Assembly (NCBI GenBank): GCA_002269645.1
Contig: NIVC01004269.1
Coordinates: 1 to 52,291 of the forward strand
Direction of reading: 5' to 3'
DNA length: 52,291 nucleotides
Origin: Macrostomum lignano
Lineage: Eukaryota
Within the stretch, counting starts at the first letter, position 1, and each line of letters opens with the position of its first letter. Shown here in pieces: positions 1-11,374 of the stretch. The notes under the pieces are model-generated. The model worked only from the letters and a program-made list of their open reading frames with translations. It was not told where the DNA came from and did not search any database. The position numbers and the translations under genes are program-made.

Positions 1-36
1 AGCTTTAAGCAAAATGAAAAGTTAAATCTTTCGCAG

Positions 37-1876
37 AGAACCAGAGCAACAGGAGGCCCAACCGCGGAGGCGGATGGCAGCTGCGCGGTCAGCCAGACCT
101 GCAGAAAGCTTCTACGAACAGCTGACCAGCGAGAATTGCACGTCGGTGGGCGTCAGCATCAGCCTTCTGCTGCCGCTTGAAGCAAATGGCGATGGCCGGA
201 TCTGTGTGGTGGCGCTCTTCGATGAAATATTGACAAGCCCGATGCCATGAATAACTGGGCTCAGCAGACGATAAACACCAGGGCCTATGCGCCATTTCTG
301 ACACTTTCTGCGGCGAGAATTTTCGCAGCTGTGGGCAGGTCATTGCGGAACGAAATTGCTACTGTTTATAACATCAGAGTGAATCAGCCGCAAGAGATTG
401 CCAAACGCCTGAGCGACGAGTCGAAACGTTCGTGGCATCCGGACAGAGCAAACAACGCAATCTGTTCAGTATTGACTGCTGTAAAGGACCTCTCTTTGCG
501 CGCCAAGTGTCTTCCTGACTTCGCCTTCGAGCTCCATTGCATTGTTTGTGACATAAAATCCACTCGTAAAAACATCAAGGAATTAATGAATTCCATAGAG
601 CAAGACTGGGACCTCCTCATTCAAGGGCTGAGCAAATCTAGCAGCCAGAGCGTCGTGAACATAGTTGCATCGCTGAAGGCGCTACGAACACGATGGATCG
701 ACTACGAAACAGTAAAAGAGAAATGCAAGCTGTTGCTGACTTACGCAGACCGAGCGAAAGCTGGTGAAGACGTCCTGGCGGCTTTTATTCAAGAACCGGA
801 ATTGGACCTGACAACTAAGGGTGAAGCCACGAGTCTAAGCATGGAGCTGAAGCCGCACGCAGATACTCTTGAGAAGATTTCGAAAACAAGCAAAGAGAGT
901 CTCGTGATTCGTCAAATATTCCCGCCGAAAACAGAAGCCCGGACAGCGTTGTTCTATCCTTGACCAAAAAACTGGAGAAGTTCGTAAATGACTCAATTCC
1001 GTTGCACGAACAGCTTGGAAAGCTAAGTGATTTCCGTCATCGGACCAAGAGGCGGCGCGATCGCTCTGAGCAACTAATGCAGTACTATAAGCAATGTGCT
1101 CCAAGGAGATGAGCACGGAAATCCTAGAGTCAAAGAACATCTCCTGCTCTACTCAAACAGGCCTCCGCAGTGTGGAGCTTTCCAACAAGTTCGCTGAAGT
1201 TCAGTTAGGTCGAGTTCCGAGTTTTCTGAGGTCGAGCTTGCTGGAAATTGCACAGGCAGTTGGCAGAATCTCCGAGGAGCAGATGCGCCTATTTGAGCCC
1301 GGCTTTCCGTTAAGTGAGCGAGTGCCAGCTCAATGGACCGAGTGCGCTAGCAGTAGAACACTCTGGTTCGTGTTAGTTGGTACACACAGCATAGTGGAAT
1401 CCAAGGAGCTGCTGAGTGACCTCAAAGACAGGAGCTCAAAGAAGAGTCTGAAAATGTTTCGGAAAGCGAATTTGGTGAAGGAATTACCGAACGCCCTGGA
1501 AATCGACGAGCAGCTGCTGAACCTGCGCAATGAGATAACCGAGTTGGCCAAGCCCCTGGTGGGGCGAGGCCATGCAGACAAGCTACTGCGAGCTGCCTTC
1601 ACAAATCTGCGCGGCCTAATGCTGGATTTAGTGAACGTGATCGCTACCAAACCAGTGCACGCTGAATTCAATTCGCTATTCAATGCGTTGGATGCCTATG
1701 CGAGAAATGTGTTGAATCAGACTGCAGAGATGGTGCAGGACGAGAAGAATTGGGATTCGATCGAAAAGGAGCTTATCGAGCTGACAGAGTCACTGCATGC
1801 TCGCGCAGTGGAGCTGTTTTGCTACTCTGAGACTTTCAAACGACCCTGCCAGGGTTACATTCGCATTGGTTTCTGA
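37..1876 (+). CDS. Terminal exon of an unidentified, predicted alpha-helical protein (~610 aa in window); appears as four ORF pieces joined by three -1 frameshifts
   Basis: Acceptor tttcgcag|A at 36/37. Open segments are 38-250, 247-963, ~873-1110 (EDFENKQRESRDSS...LTKKLEKFVNDSIPLHEQLGKL) and 1094-1876. Each switch needs one extra base. Amphipathic, L/E/K-rich sequence with no family motif recognised. Confidence 0.55.
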
Positions 1877-2740
1877 GTGGCCTTCGCGATCACCTGCTGA
1901 CTCAGTCCATAATGAGGACAAACTGTTGCATATTTTCTCAGTACGACGCTTTTCATTTCACTTTTTACCCTTCTGCTGCATCTCCTCAGATCCTGCAGCT
2001 TTGTTCGTTCAGTTTTATCGAAATCAAAGCTGCGTCAAAATTTCCATTTGAGTTCTGAGAGAAGCTTGCGAATCCTGCGTTTAGAAGGTGTTGAAAACTT
2101 TGGCGCAGATTTGAATTTGCTCAATTGGTTTTCAGGTGATTGGTGAATTAATGAAAAAACTAATGAATTACAATATCTCAAGCTCCGCTTTCTACTTGTA
2201 TATTCACTTTAATTCAGTTTGCACTGTCCATATAGCGCCATGAAATCAAGATTTGTGCAACGGGCATTTTGAAGCTTCTTAGAAACTTTAATTTTTGTAA
2301 CAGGCGTAAAGTATCCGAATTTTTTTGAGTTCATGAGCTGTGGTCTTTGTTAAGCTATTGTCAATGTTCATATAATTAGTGTCGTTCAGAATGCCCTGCG
2401 CAAAGTTGATATTTTATGCAACGAGACTTCGTTTTGTGCTAATTTGAGAAAAACAATAGATCGATCCCATTTTTTATTTCCATGTGACTTTCGCGTTTTT
2501 ATTCCTAAAATATTTAATTGATTTTATAACCAATTATCCAGTAGTTGCCAATTTAATAGGCTTTCAGTCAGTTATTGTTCTAGCAAATAAACATTCGATA
2601 TTCGTTGCATTTCGTAGATTTTCGTTTCAAATTTGCGGCTTTTCCCACGTTTTTTGGGCATTCTATTACAGCAGTCAAAACCAGCAATATGTCACCTCAT
2701 TCAGTCAGTCCTATTTCTCCTGACTTGGTCGCTGCAAGTC

Positions 2741-3311
2741 CCTCTGCTAAGCTCCCATCAAGACTATCAGCCCTCTGCTAAGCTCCCATCAAGACTCTCA
2801 GCCCTCTGCTAAGCTCCCATCAAGACTCAGCCCTTCTGCTAAGCTCCCATCAAGACTCAATCTTCTGCTAAGCTCCCATCAAGACTCAGCCCTCTGCTAA
2901 GCTCCCATCAAGACTCAATCTTCTGCTAAGCTCCCATCAAGACTCAATCTTCTGCTAAGCTCCCATCAAGACTCAATCTTCTGCTAAGCTCCCATCAAGA
3001 CTCAATCTTCTGCTAAGCTCCCATCAAGACTCAATCTTCTGCTAAGCTCTCAATCTTCTGCTAAGCTCCAATCAAGACTCAATCTTCTGCTAAGCTCCCA
3101 TCAAGACTCATCGAGCCCTCTGCTAAGCTCCCATCAAGACTCATCGAGCCCTCTGCTAAGCTCCCATCAAGACTCATCGAGCCCTCTGCTAAGCTCCCAT
3201 CAAGACTCAGCCCTCTGCTAAGCTCCCATCAAGACTCAGCCCTCTGCTAAGCTCCCATCAAGACTCAATCTTCTGCTAAGCTCCCATCAAGACTCAATCT
3301 TCTGCTAAGCT
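2741..3311. repeat. Minisatellite, 29-31 bp unit (ctctgctaagctcccatcaagactcagcc), ~19 copies
   Basis: Direct tandem copies visible. Confidence 0.95.
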
Positions 3312-4184
3312 TCCATAATTTATCAATAGTTGTAGATACCTTACAGTGTAAAGTAAAACTGTGAAGCTTAAACTGCTACTCAAAACTTAGATCTTGAGTT
3401 CAGCGGTTTCTAGGGTGTAAATATATTATTTCTACATCTGCTGCATTCAAATTTGAACCAGAAGCAACAAAATTGACAAATTGTTAATCAATTCTGACAC
3501 AATAACAAAACGAATTGGATTCCCAATCAATTGTGGCAGCTTTGGCAGCACCAAAATCGGATTCCTTATCAATTTTGACTATCTTCATGTCAATAACGAC
3601 AATTTGCATTAAATGTTGACGCCGTGTATTCAGTTTTGACAGAATGCCTAATACATTGCATTTTTTGTTGTCGCAAATCACAATTTCTTGTATGTACATT
3701 TGGTAATTGTTCTTTAAAAACTAAAAGCAAGAATGTAACTGGGTTAATAAAAATTAAGTAAGGCATTCCCTTTGTCGGAAGCTCTTGTTCTGAGCAATGC
3801 TTAGCAATGCTTCAGGTGCGGAGAGCTCGCGAAGCTGCCTCTGAGCAAATAGTTGAAAGTCTGATGTCTATAGGTTTAACTAGGCGATTCAACCACAACA
3901 TAGGACCAAAGACCAGCTGATAAAATCCCAGCCACCAGCATCTCACTCAACAAAGTTCAGCATCTCAGCATCACCCCCCCCCAGACATCCCTTACACATC
4001 GTTCCCCTCAGCATCATTATCCCTGATCACTGACAGCACTACCACACAGTATCCGTGAGTCCCGCTCAATTCTATAAATTGGTGTAAAATTATTGAATAC
4101 TCTCTAGTAGCAATAGAGATTTTATTAGCCTTCAAGCAGGTAAGCAAATATAAATGTGTTTTGACGAAATGTAGTATGAAATAT

Positions 4185-4544
4185 TATTTTATTAGAGGCA
4201 GGGGCTGTGTGCACCCTGGTGCACTTTCAGCGACATTGTAATTGTCACAACCGGCGAGAGGCACAGGCACAGAGCAGGCACACAAGCGCGCGGATACGTA
4301 CGCAGTCATACGCACAGGCACACACTCATATATACACTCGTATAGAGCGAACCTAACTTTATTCATCGTGAGGCATGTACACTTCACTGTACATTGGGGG
4401 TTGGCCCTCCATGGGGTTAATTACACGAGCAGAGCCAAGCCGAGATATCCCAATTTAGCCCCAAGTTAATGTGACTAAACTTGGAATCGAGCCTGGGCCG
4501 CTGATACATCAGAGCGCCGCGCTGGACCACTGGGCTGCGCCCCT
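4185..4544 (-). mobile_element. Probable tRNA-derived SINE
   Basis: Minus strand starts GGGGCGCAGCCCAGTGGTCC (A-box-like), followed by GGCTCGATTCC (B-box-like, 4483-4493). A ~300-bp body ends in an AT-rich tail. No TSD found. Confidence 0.45.
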
Positions 4545-4631
4545 TCAATACCTCACAATGAATTCCAAATAACTTTTGACGCACGTGGTGGACTCGAACC
4601 ACCGCTAGTTCATTTCGATGTGTCTTGACAT

Positions 4632-4983
4632 CAAAGGGCGTGTCAACTTAATTGCTCATAAAGTGGAGCCGAGTAACCTATGTACAAAAATGATGCGTCA
4701 TTCTGCTCACAGTGACACCAGGAAGCAGGATTTGGCAAAAAGCGACAAAAATTGAACTTAAGACAACAAGCAATAGGGATAATTAGGGACTATTTTGTCA
4801 ACTTAAGCTCCTAAAGTAGAGTCCCTAATTATCCCCTTGCTTGCTCTCCCTATCTCAAGTCCAATTTTCGTCGCTTTTTACCAAACTCCGCTTCCTGGTG
4901 TCATTGTGAGCAGAATGACATATCATTTCTGTGCATAGGTTACTCGAACTCCACTTTATGAGCTTAAGCTGACAGGCCCTTTG
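4632..4983. mobile_element. Palindromic (fold-back) MITE-like element, ~165-bp arms with a ~20-bp loop
   Basis: caaagggcgtgtcaacttaattgctcataaagtggag... pairs with ...ctccactttatgagcttaagctgacaggccctttg along nearly the whole length; TSD unclear. Confidence 0.7.
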
Positions 4984-5383
4984 CTAGCAGTAAATCTCGA
5001 GTCCAATTGCCATCAAGCGACTTCCGTATTCATATGTTACGCTTGTAAAAATGTCTGTAAGTCTGTAAGGGCCACGAGGAACCAGACTGATTCCGCAGCC
5101 ATGCCAGTTAGTTTGTCATCAGATAATTACACTCGATTATTTTTTGAGCCGGAAAGGCTCAATTTTTTGCTCTACAGTTGAAGGGCAATTTAGCTATTTA
5201 CATGCATTCAGTAGATACTCTCGTATACGTGGAATGAGTTTTGCTGCATACTACAAGCTGCATACTATGCATGCATCTACAAAATGCGCTCAAACTCGGT
5301 ATAAAGCTACAGTATAAAGTCCGGCTTAAACTGTCGAATTCTCTGAAAGATTCTCAGAAAGCCCCGGTTTGCCTGGAGTGAGC

Positions 5384-6794
5384 ATGTCTGCAAGGAAAGC
5401 GGTGGAGGACGCCATCGCTAGCAGCTCTGCTCATGGCATCAGCAGAGCAGTCGGTTCTAGGTCGCCAGTCCTGAGGGTCATGTGGACGCTTCTCTTCTTT
5501 GTATTTCTTATTCTGTGCTGCAAAAGCGCGTCGAACATGGTGGACAGGCTCATCAACATCTCCGTGGTCAAAACCTACGAGTCTGACGCGGTGTCGTTCG
5601 AGACTCCCGACCTGTACTTCTGCCCGAATCTAATATACTCAGGTAGCATTCCATACACACTGACGGAGTTCGAAGTTAAGGCAATAAATGAAGAAGTCGA
5701 GAGGCTGAGCAAGCTATATGACGAGCTCTACTGCGCCAATAGCCCCGACTTTTGTACTCGAGGAGAGGATGCCACGTTTCGAAGAGTAGCCCGAATCCAG
5801 CTGTCCATGCCAGTGAAAATCCTCAGCAAGAACTTGCTGCAGCATGAGAACCAGTCCTTTCTTGTGTGGCCGTTCAACCTGTACCAGACCTACTCGGAGG
5901 ACATCGACTACGCCGACCGAGCTGTCTTCATACACCCGGACAACAGCATTTGCTTCAAGGTGACTGTGCCGGAAAATAATTTAGAGAGCCTGTGCTACAA
6001 GCGAGCTGTTCTCTATTCGATGCTGTTTGTTGATCCGCACATTCCCGAGTTAGTTTATTCTGGAGCTGAGATCAGGCCAATAGTGAACCCGTGGCTCAAC
6101 GAGAGCATTCCGTTTCAATTCTGGCAAGCCAACCGTCGCTACCATAGCGTGGAGAGTCTGGGCTTCACTCTGCAGGTGGTTCCCAAGGGAACGTACCCGT
6201 CCATGCTGCACGAGACCAAGCTAAGTCTGGCGGCTGGGAGATCTTATCACGTGACTATCAGCATGGAAGAGACAATTCATAGTCCGGAACTCTACGGCAA
6301 GTACTGCAATCCCAACCAGGAAGTTGCCATCTTCCAGAACCAACTTACTGGTGAAAGACAGGAGTTTAAAAGCAGCAGAGCGTCCTGCTTCTACACAAGA
6401 ATGAACAGTCTGCTGCAGAAAAAGTTCCAGTTTGTGTTTTCCCTGTACCCGAAACCTTGGAGTCTGAGGAACGTACCCAGATTCGAAAATATGACCGAGA
6501 TCGGCATAAAGAAGCTTTCAGTTGCAAATTTATCCCTGCATGAGGTTCGATATTTCATTGATAGTCACACACAGAAGGTAGTAAACGATTGCTTGAAAGA
6601 GCAACCTTGTGTATATAATGAATACACTGCGACCTCCACGTCCGTGAAGTGGCCGCGTGCTGGCCGACCGCTCGCCCAATGGTTCGTGAGAGAATATGAT
6701 AAAGACATCGGACTTCGAGCACACCCGGAGTACTCTTTTTATGGCCGCCCTGCTACTAAGCAACTGGTCAAACTGTCAAAACGGATTCTGCTAG
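5384..6794 (+). CDS. DEG/ENaC (amiloride-sensitive Na+ channel family) subunit, exon 1
   Basis: Pre-TM1 HG motif (SSAHGISR), TM1 (VMWTLLFFVFLILCC), post-TM1 TPDLYFCP, ectodomain SICFKV, and the WP motif (SVKWPR). ATG at 5384. Phase-1 donor CTAG|GCAAGA. Confidence 0.9.
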
Positions 6795-6891
6795 GCAAGA
6801 ACCATTTATTTCCTGAATAATGTTATCTTTATCATCGAGGTTTTGCATATACAAGGAATTATCAAAGTACATATTTGAATCTTCTTTTTAG

Positions 6892-7268
6892 ACAACTGCA
6901 CAGCTCATGAAAAGCTCCTGTTCAAGAACTTTGTTGAGGAGTCTATGATAGAGGTCAAGATTGCCGTGAAAAGTCATCAGTCAGCGAGGATTGTCATTGC
7001 CTACTCCTACTCGTGGACGGCCTTCCTTGCAGACGTCGGCGGCCTCCTCGGCCTGTACATCGGCTGTAGCCTGCTCACGGTCTGCGAGCTGCTGGAGCTG
7101 GCCTACCACTTGCTGAGCGGCATTTCTACTGCAGCTCAGACTGGCCGTCAGGGGCGGGAGTCCGACGACAAAGATCCGACAGCGGTCGCCATTGGCGTCG
7201 GCAAAACTGAGAGCGGAGAGTGCGTAATAAATATTGATGAGATGAGTGCGCCGCCGGATGCACAATAA
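6892..7268 (+). CDS. DEG/ENaC subunit, exon 2 (TM2 and C-terminus); spliced protein is 595 aa
   Basis: Acceptor cttctttttag|AC. TM2 and filter region FLADVGGLLGLYIGCSLLTVCELLE carries the G-x-S motif. Stop at 7266-7268. Confidence 0.92.
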
Positions 7269-7755
7269 AAACCAGAGGTAGCGTAGAAAGTACAATCCGT
7301 AATCACAGTCCTATATAATGTATTGTACAGTGTACGTCTCGTTTTATCTTTAATTCAAATTCTTTTGTAGATAGATACATGTACATGTAATTTAGTAATC
7401 TTAATTTGCATTTTGGCATTGCCTATAGCTAATGTTCCTCCCTGGAGGTTAAGCTGCAACATGTACCTGCAACTGCGCTGAAGTTACATGTATATTTTTT
7501 TAATTGTATTGTAGGAATTATGCTGCTCTATATGCATGCAGGCTCGTCCCAGGTCTGAAATTTCTTCCTAGGTTACATATTCAAGTATATTTTCCCTTCG
7601 AGACCCGTTTTCAACTATATATTCGTAGTAATTTCCAAGACCTGTTATATTAATCTTCATCTGTTCGATTACGTTGGCCTAGTACTTGTTCTGGGGATTT
7701 TCCTATCACTTAACATATTTAACAGTAGGAATACCAAGCCATTTTTCCGCCCGTC

Positions 7756-8658
7756 GAACTACCAAGGGGGAGGGGAAATTCCCCCCCCCCCCTGACAAAT
7801 TTTTTTGCTGCGCCGGAACGGAGCAACGCAGGCACACGAAATTCACGGGCCAACTTTTTTTGCGCACCTTCTCAAACAAGAATCAAGTCGCCAGCCCTTC
7901 GGACCGTCGAGATATTCGACGATTCTGCCAGAAGGTCGGATTTTTCCCATAAGCGCTAGTGTATTCAGTACACCCCTGTGCGCCAATCAGCACTGCGTCT
8001 CAGCACGGCGTCGGGGTGATGGCTGAATGCTTGACTGACAAGCTGAGAATGTCCAGCAGTTGATTTTTGCCCACTGTCGAGGCTTGATCAGTGAAACTAG
8101 AGAAATTCTTATCAGGCTGTCCATAGTCATCTGGTGTAATCTGTTGAAGGAGCCGACGGCGTCGGGATGATGACGGAATGCTTGAGAGACTAGCTGAGAA
8201 TGTCTGACGGTTGATTCTTGCCCACTGTCGAGGCTTGATCGGCGAAACTAGAGACATCCGCATCAGGGTGTCCATAGTCACCTGGTGCCACATCTGTTGA
8301 GGGTCCAGAAGCTCCACCTGGGTGAAGGCTAGTGACCAACGAAGTCAGAACTGATGCAGACACATGTGGTCGACGTGCTGATGAAATTTGGAGACTTGGC
8401 AAGGCTGCACTGAGACGCAGTGCTGATTGGCGCACAGGGGTGTACTGAATACACTAGCGCTTATGGGGAAAATCCGACCTTCTTGCAAAATCGTCGAATA
8501 TCTCGACGGTCCGAAGGGCTGGCGACTTGATTCTTGTTTGAGAAGGTGCGCAACAAAAATTTAGCCCGTGTTCTTGAATTTCGTGTGCCTGCGTTGCTCC
8601 GTTCCGGCGCAGCAAAAAAATTGTCAGGGGGGGAATTTTCCTCCCCCCTTGGTAGTTC
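7756..8658. mobile_element. Non-autonomous fold-back DNA element with ~248-bp TIRs and an internal 151-bp tandem duplication
   Basis: 7756-8003 is the near-perfect reverse complement of 8410-8658. Possible TA TSD at 7760-61 and 8653-54. The spacer holds two diverged copies starting at 8006 and 8157. Confidence 0.85.
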
Positions 8659-8709
8659 TACTGTTAATATGAAGTATCAGGCATATACTATTAGGTATAT
8701 AACGTCACC

Positions 8710-8914
8710 TAGGGGCGGATTTAGGTGGAGGCGCACAGGGCGCACACCCCCGTCGAGTTTGAGTTTTGTATTTTTTATGGAAAATGCACACATTATCGAG
8801 TCCATAGTAGTCCTTGACATATACATGTACATGATATATATACATGACATGGTACATATATTACCTTATAGCAATCTGCGCCCCTCCAGTCAAAATTTTC
8901 TGGATCCGCACCTG
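8710..8914. mobile_element. Possible short MITE with imperfect TIRs
   Basis: aggggcggatttag ... ctggatccgcacct; imperfect match and no clear TSD. Confidence 0.35.
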
Positions 8915-8930
8915 CACTAACGCTGCAGTA

Positions 8931-9317
8931 CCCTAGAGGACATTCTGTTTCTCAAACTTAGCAGATCTTGTCTCTGTGCCATTCTTAGAAGATCTTCTCA
9001 ATCTGCTCGGTTCTTGCAGGATCTTCTAAGATGTGAGGTACATTTGTTTTGTTATTCATTTGGCTAAAGTGTTCTAGCTGAACAATATTTTATTTTATGA
9101 CAAAATATGGCAATAAATTTAAGAAAATATGCGATTCGAAGCTATAAAAAGATATAAAAGCTAAGATATTGTACGATGTAGCAAGTCTCTCAGATCTGGT
9201 AAGTTTACCTAAGTATTATTATAGCAAAGATCTTGCACTTTCTTGCAAGTACTTGCGCAGCAACCCAAGATTATAGACAAGTTCTGCTAAGAATCAACAA
9301 GTCAATGTCTTCTAGGG
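8931..9317. mobile_element. MITE with TA target-site duplication
   Basis: TA|CCCTAGAGGACATT ... AATGTCTTCTAGGG|TA, plus a subterminal inverted pair at 8957-8973 and 9275-9291. Confidence 0.6.
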
Positions 9318-11374
9318 TAATCATCGACTAACCGGCATTGAGTAGTTACATGTAGTTCAGAAATACATGTAACTACTTTTGGTGGCCGTTGCATTGACCA
9401 AGGACCACTGTATATAACAGGACGTAAAACTCGAAGATCGTGTAAATTTTAGGAGGTTGATTTCCTGGAAAAATACACGTGCATATAAATGTACATGCGC
9501 ATTAATTATAAATGTACGTAGGAGAAGTCCTTGGTACTGTTACGTGGTAGCTCATGATTACATGTTTATGTTAAGATCCGAGAGAATTACCCGCGTAAAT
9601 AGACCCAGAAGACCCTGATTTACATGCCTACGGGCTTCATGCAGGGCAGGGCCTTGGGTATTGTAAACCCAAGGCATGGGCTCGTTTGATTTCAATAATG
9701 TGAATTTTGGATATCTGTTTGAACCGGTGAGTCGGGCCAGATTTATTTAATCGAGATGAGTGAGCCAACAATACATATGCAAGTTTCTAGAGCAAAAGTG
9801 GACCGTGTGCACAAAAGTAGCTAGCAAAATACTTTTGTTAATTTTCATCGAAAATATTCGATTTTCTTAGACAGAACAGTCCGTCCCGAGGCGTAGCGAC
9901 TAGCGTGCACGTCCGGCGGCCTCGCCCATTTGATTAAATATGCATTAATTGTTTATTTATTTTTTTATTTGTCAAAGAAAATGATTTTGGTATAAGAAGC
10001 TTAAGCACCTTGTCTTTCCGTAAAAGATGGTGGACTTCATTGATCATTCATGACCCTCATGATGATCCCTTCAGCACCTTAATTTGCAGTTCTTTAAAGT
10101 AGACTAAAATAGTAGCTGGGCCTAGGCTATCCGCTATCAGAACAATTTAGGCCTAATTTCAAAGGATAAGCCAACTAATAGGCCCTACCATAAAAATCGC
10201 TAGGAGTTATTTTCTTTGTTACTGAAAGTAACTTGACTAGGCCTAGAAGTAGATTTTTGAAAGTTTTGTTGTTTCATTCAAATGCCATGCCCATAGTTTG
10301 TATGGTGAATATTTCAAAGCATTATTTTCTTATGCTAGTGGCAGCAAAATAAAGTAAAGATACTCTAAATATAGCAGCCAGTGTCATAGATATTTTAGGT
10401 CTATATAAAACTAAAGATTAAGCCCTAGCCTATTAATATTATACTACAAGTATATTGCATAGGCCTAATACTAGGCCAATACTAATAGCTATATAAGCCT
10501 AATGCAATAAGCCAACTAGGGCTGATTTTATATCAAATATATAGATATTGCCTTGCCTAAGTAGTAAAGGCTGGAAAAAGGCCATAGTTTAGATTTAGAT
10601 AGTATAGTAAATGCTAGAAAAAAGTAGAATCTCATTTTGTATATATTAGGCCTATAGCTAGACCAATTGATAAAAATGTTAAAAAGTCAACTAGTACCCA
10701 TGTTATATATGCTAGGATATATATTAATATATGCTAAAAAATAGCAAGCACCCTTGTTGTATGCAAGAAAATCATAGCATATATTTATATCATTAAGTAA
10801 TTTATATTTGCTTTTTTTATTTGGTAGTTTAAGCAACCTTACTAAATAGAAATTAGTACTCAATTAATGCCCATTCTGGTACAGACTGAACAAGCGGAGG
10901 CTGCTAACCAGATTTGCTTATTATTTTGCTTTCAAAGATTATGTTGGAAATGTTTTCTTTGGGCTATTGCTCTTTTATATTGGTCTTTATCTTTTTATTT
11001 TTAAGGTTGTATTTGGTCAATATATTGCCATTTATATGCTATTATATAAAAGCTTTGGTAACCACCCCATTTGATGTTATTTTATCCTTGGGTTTCTTGT
11101 CCTTAACAGTAGAAAGACCATGGGAGTGTATTTCAAAGACACATATTTTTCTTTTGTCTATATCTCTAAAAATATTCAACCAATTTCCATTAAAATCCAG
11201 AACATTGGCTAAATTTTTCTGCTCTATTTGATAAAGCAACTTCGAGAATCATAGAGATATTCAACAATTCTCCTTGGGGTGTCTGGTGGCAAAAACCACC
11301 AACATTGGCAAAATTTTTCTGCTCACAAAATCTCATCATGAAACCACATTGGTTCAACTATGCATATCAGTTGT

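Noticed and set aside
244-250. ATGA stop/start overlap suggesting an operon or translational coupling
   Set aside because: The context is a spliced eukaryotic gene, and the same one-base shift recurs twice downstream, so a frameshift in one exon is simpler.
8000-8435. Minus-strand ORFs in the fold-back spacer as a captured gene
   Set aside because: Differences between the two 151-bp copies are mostly non-synonymous and include a stop, so there is no sign of coding constraint.
10914-11231. 105-aa hydrophobic ORF
   Set aside because: It is AT-rich degenerate satellite that runs across the piggyBac boundary.
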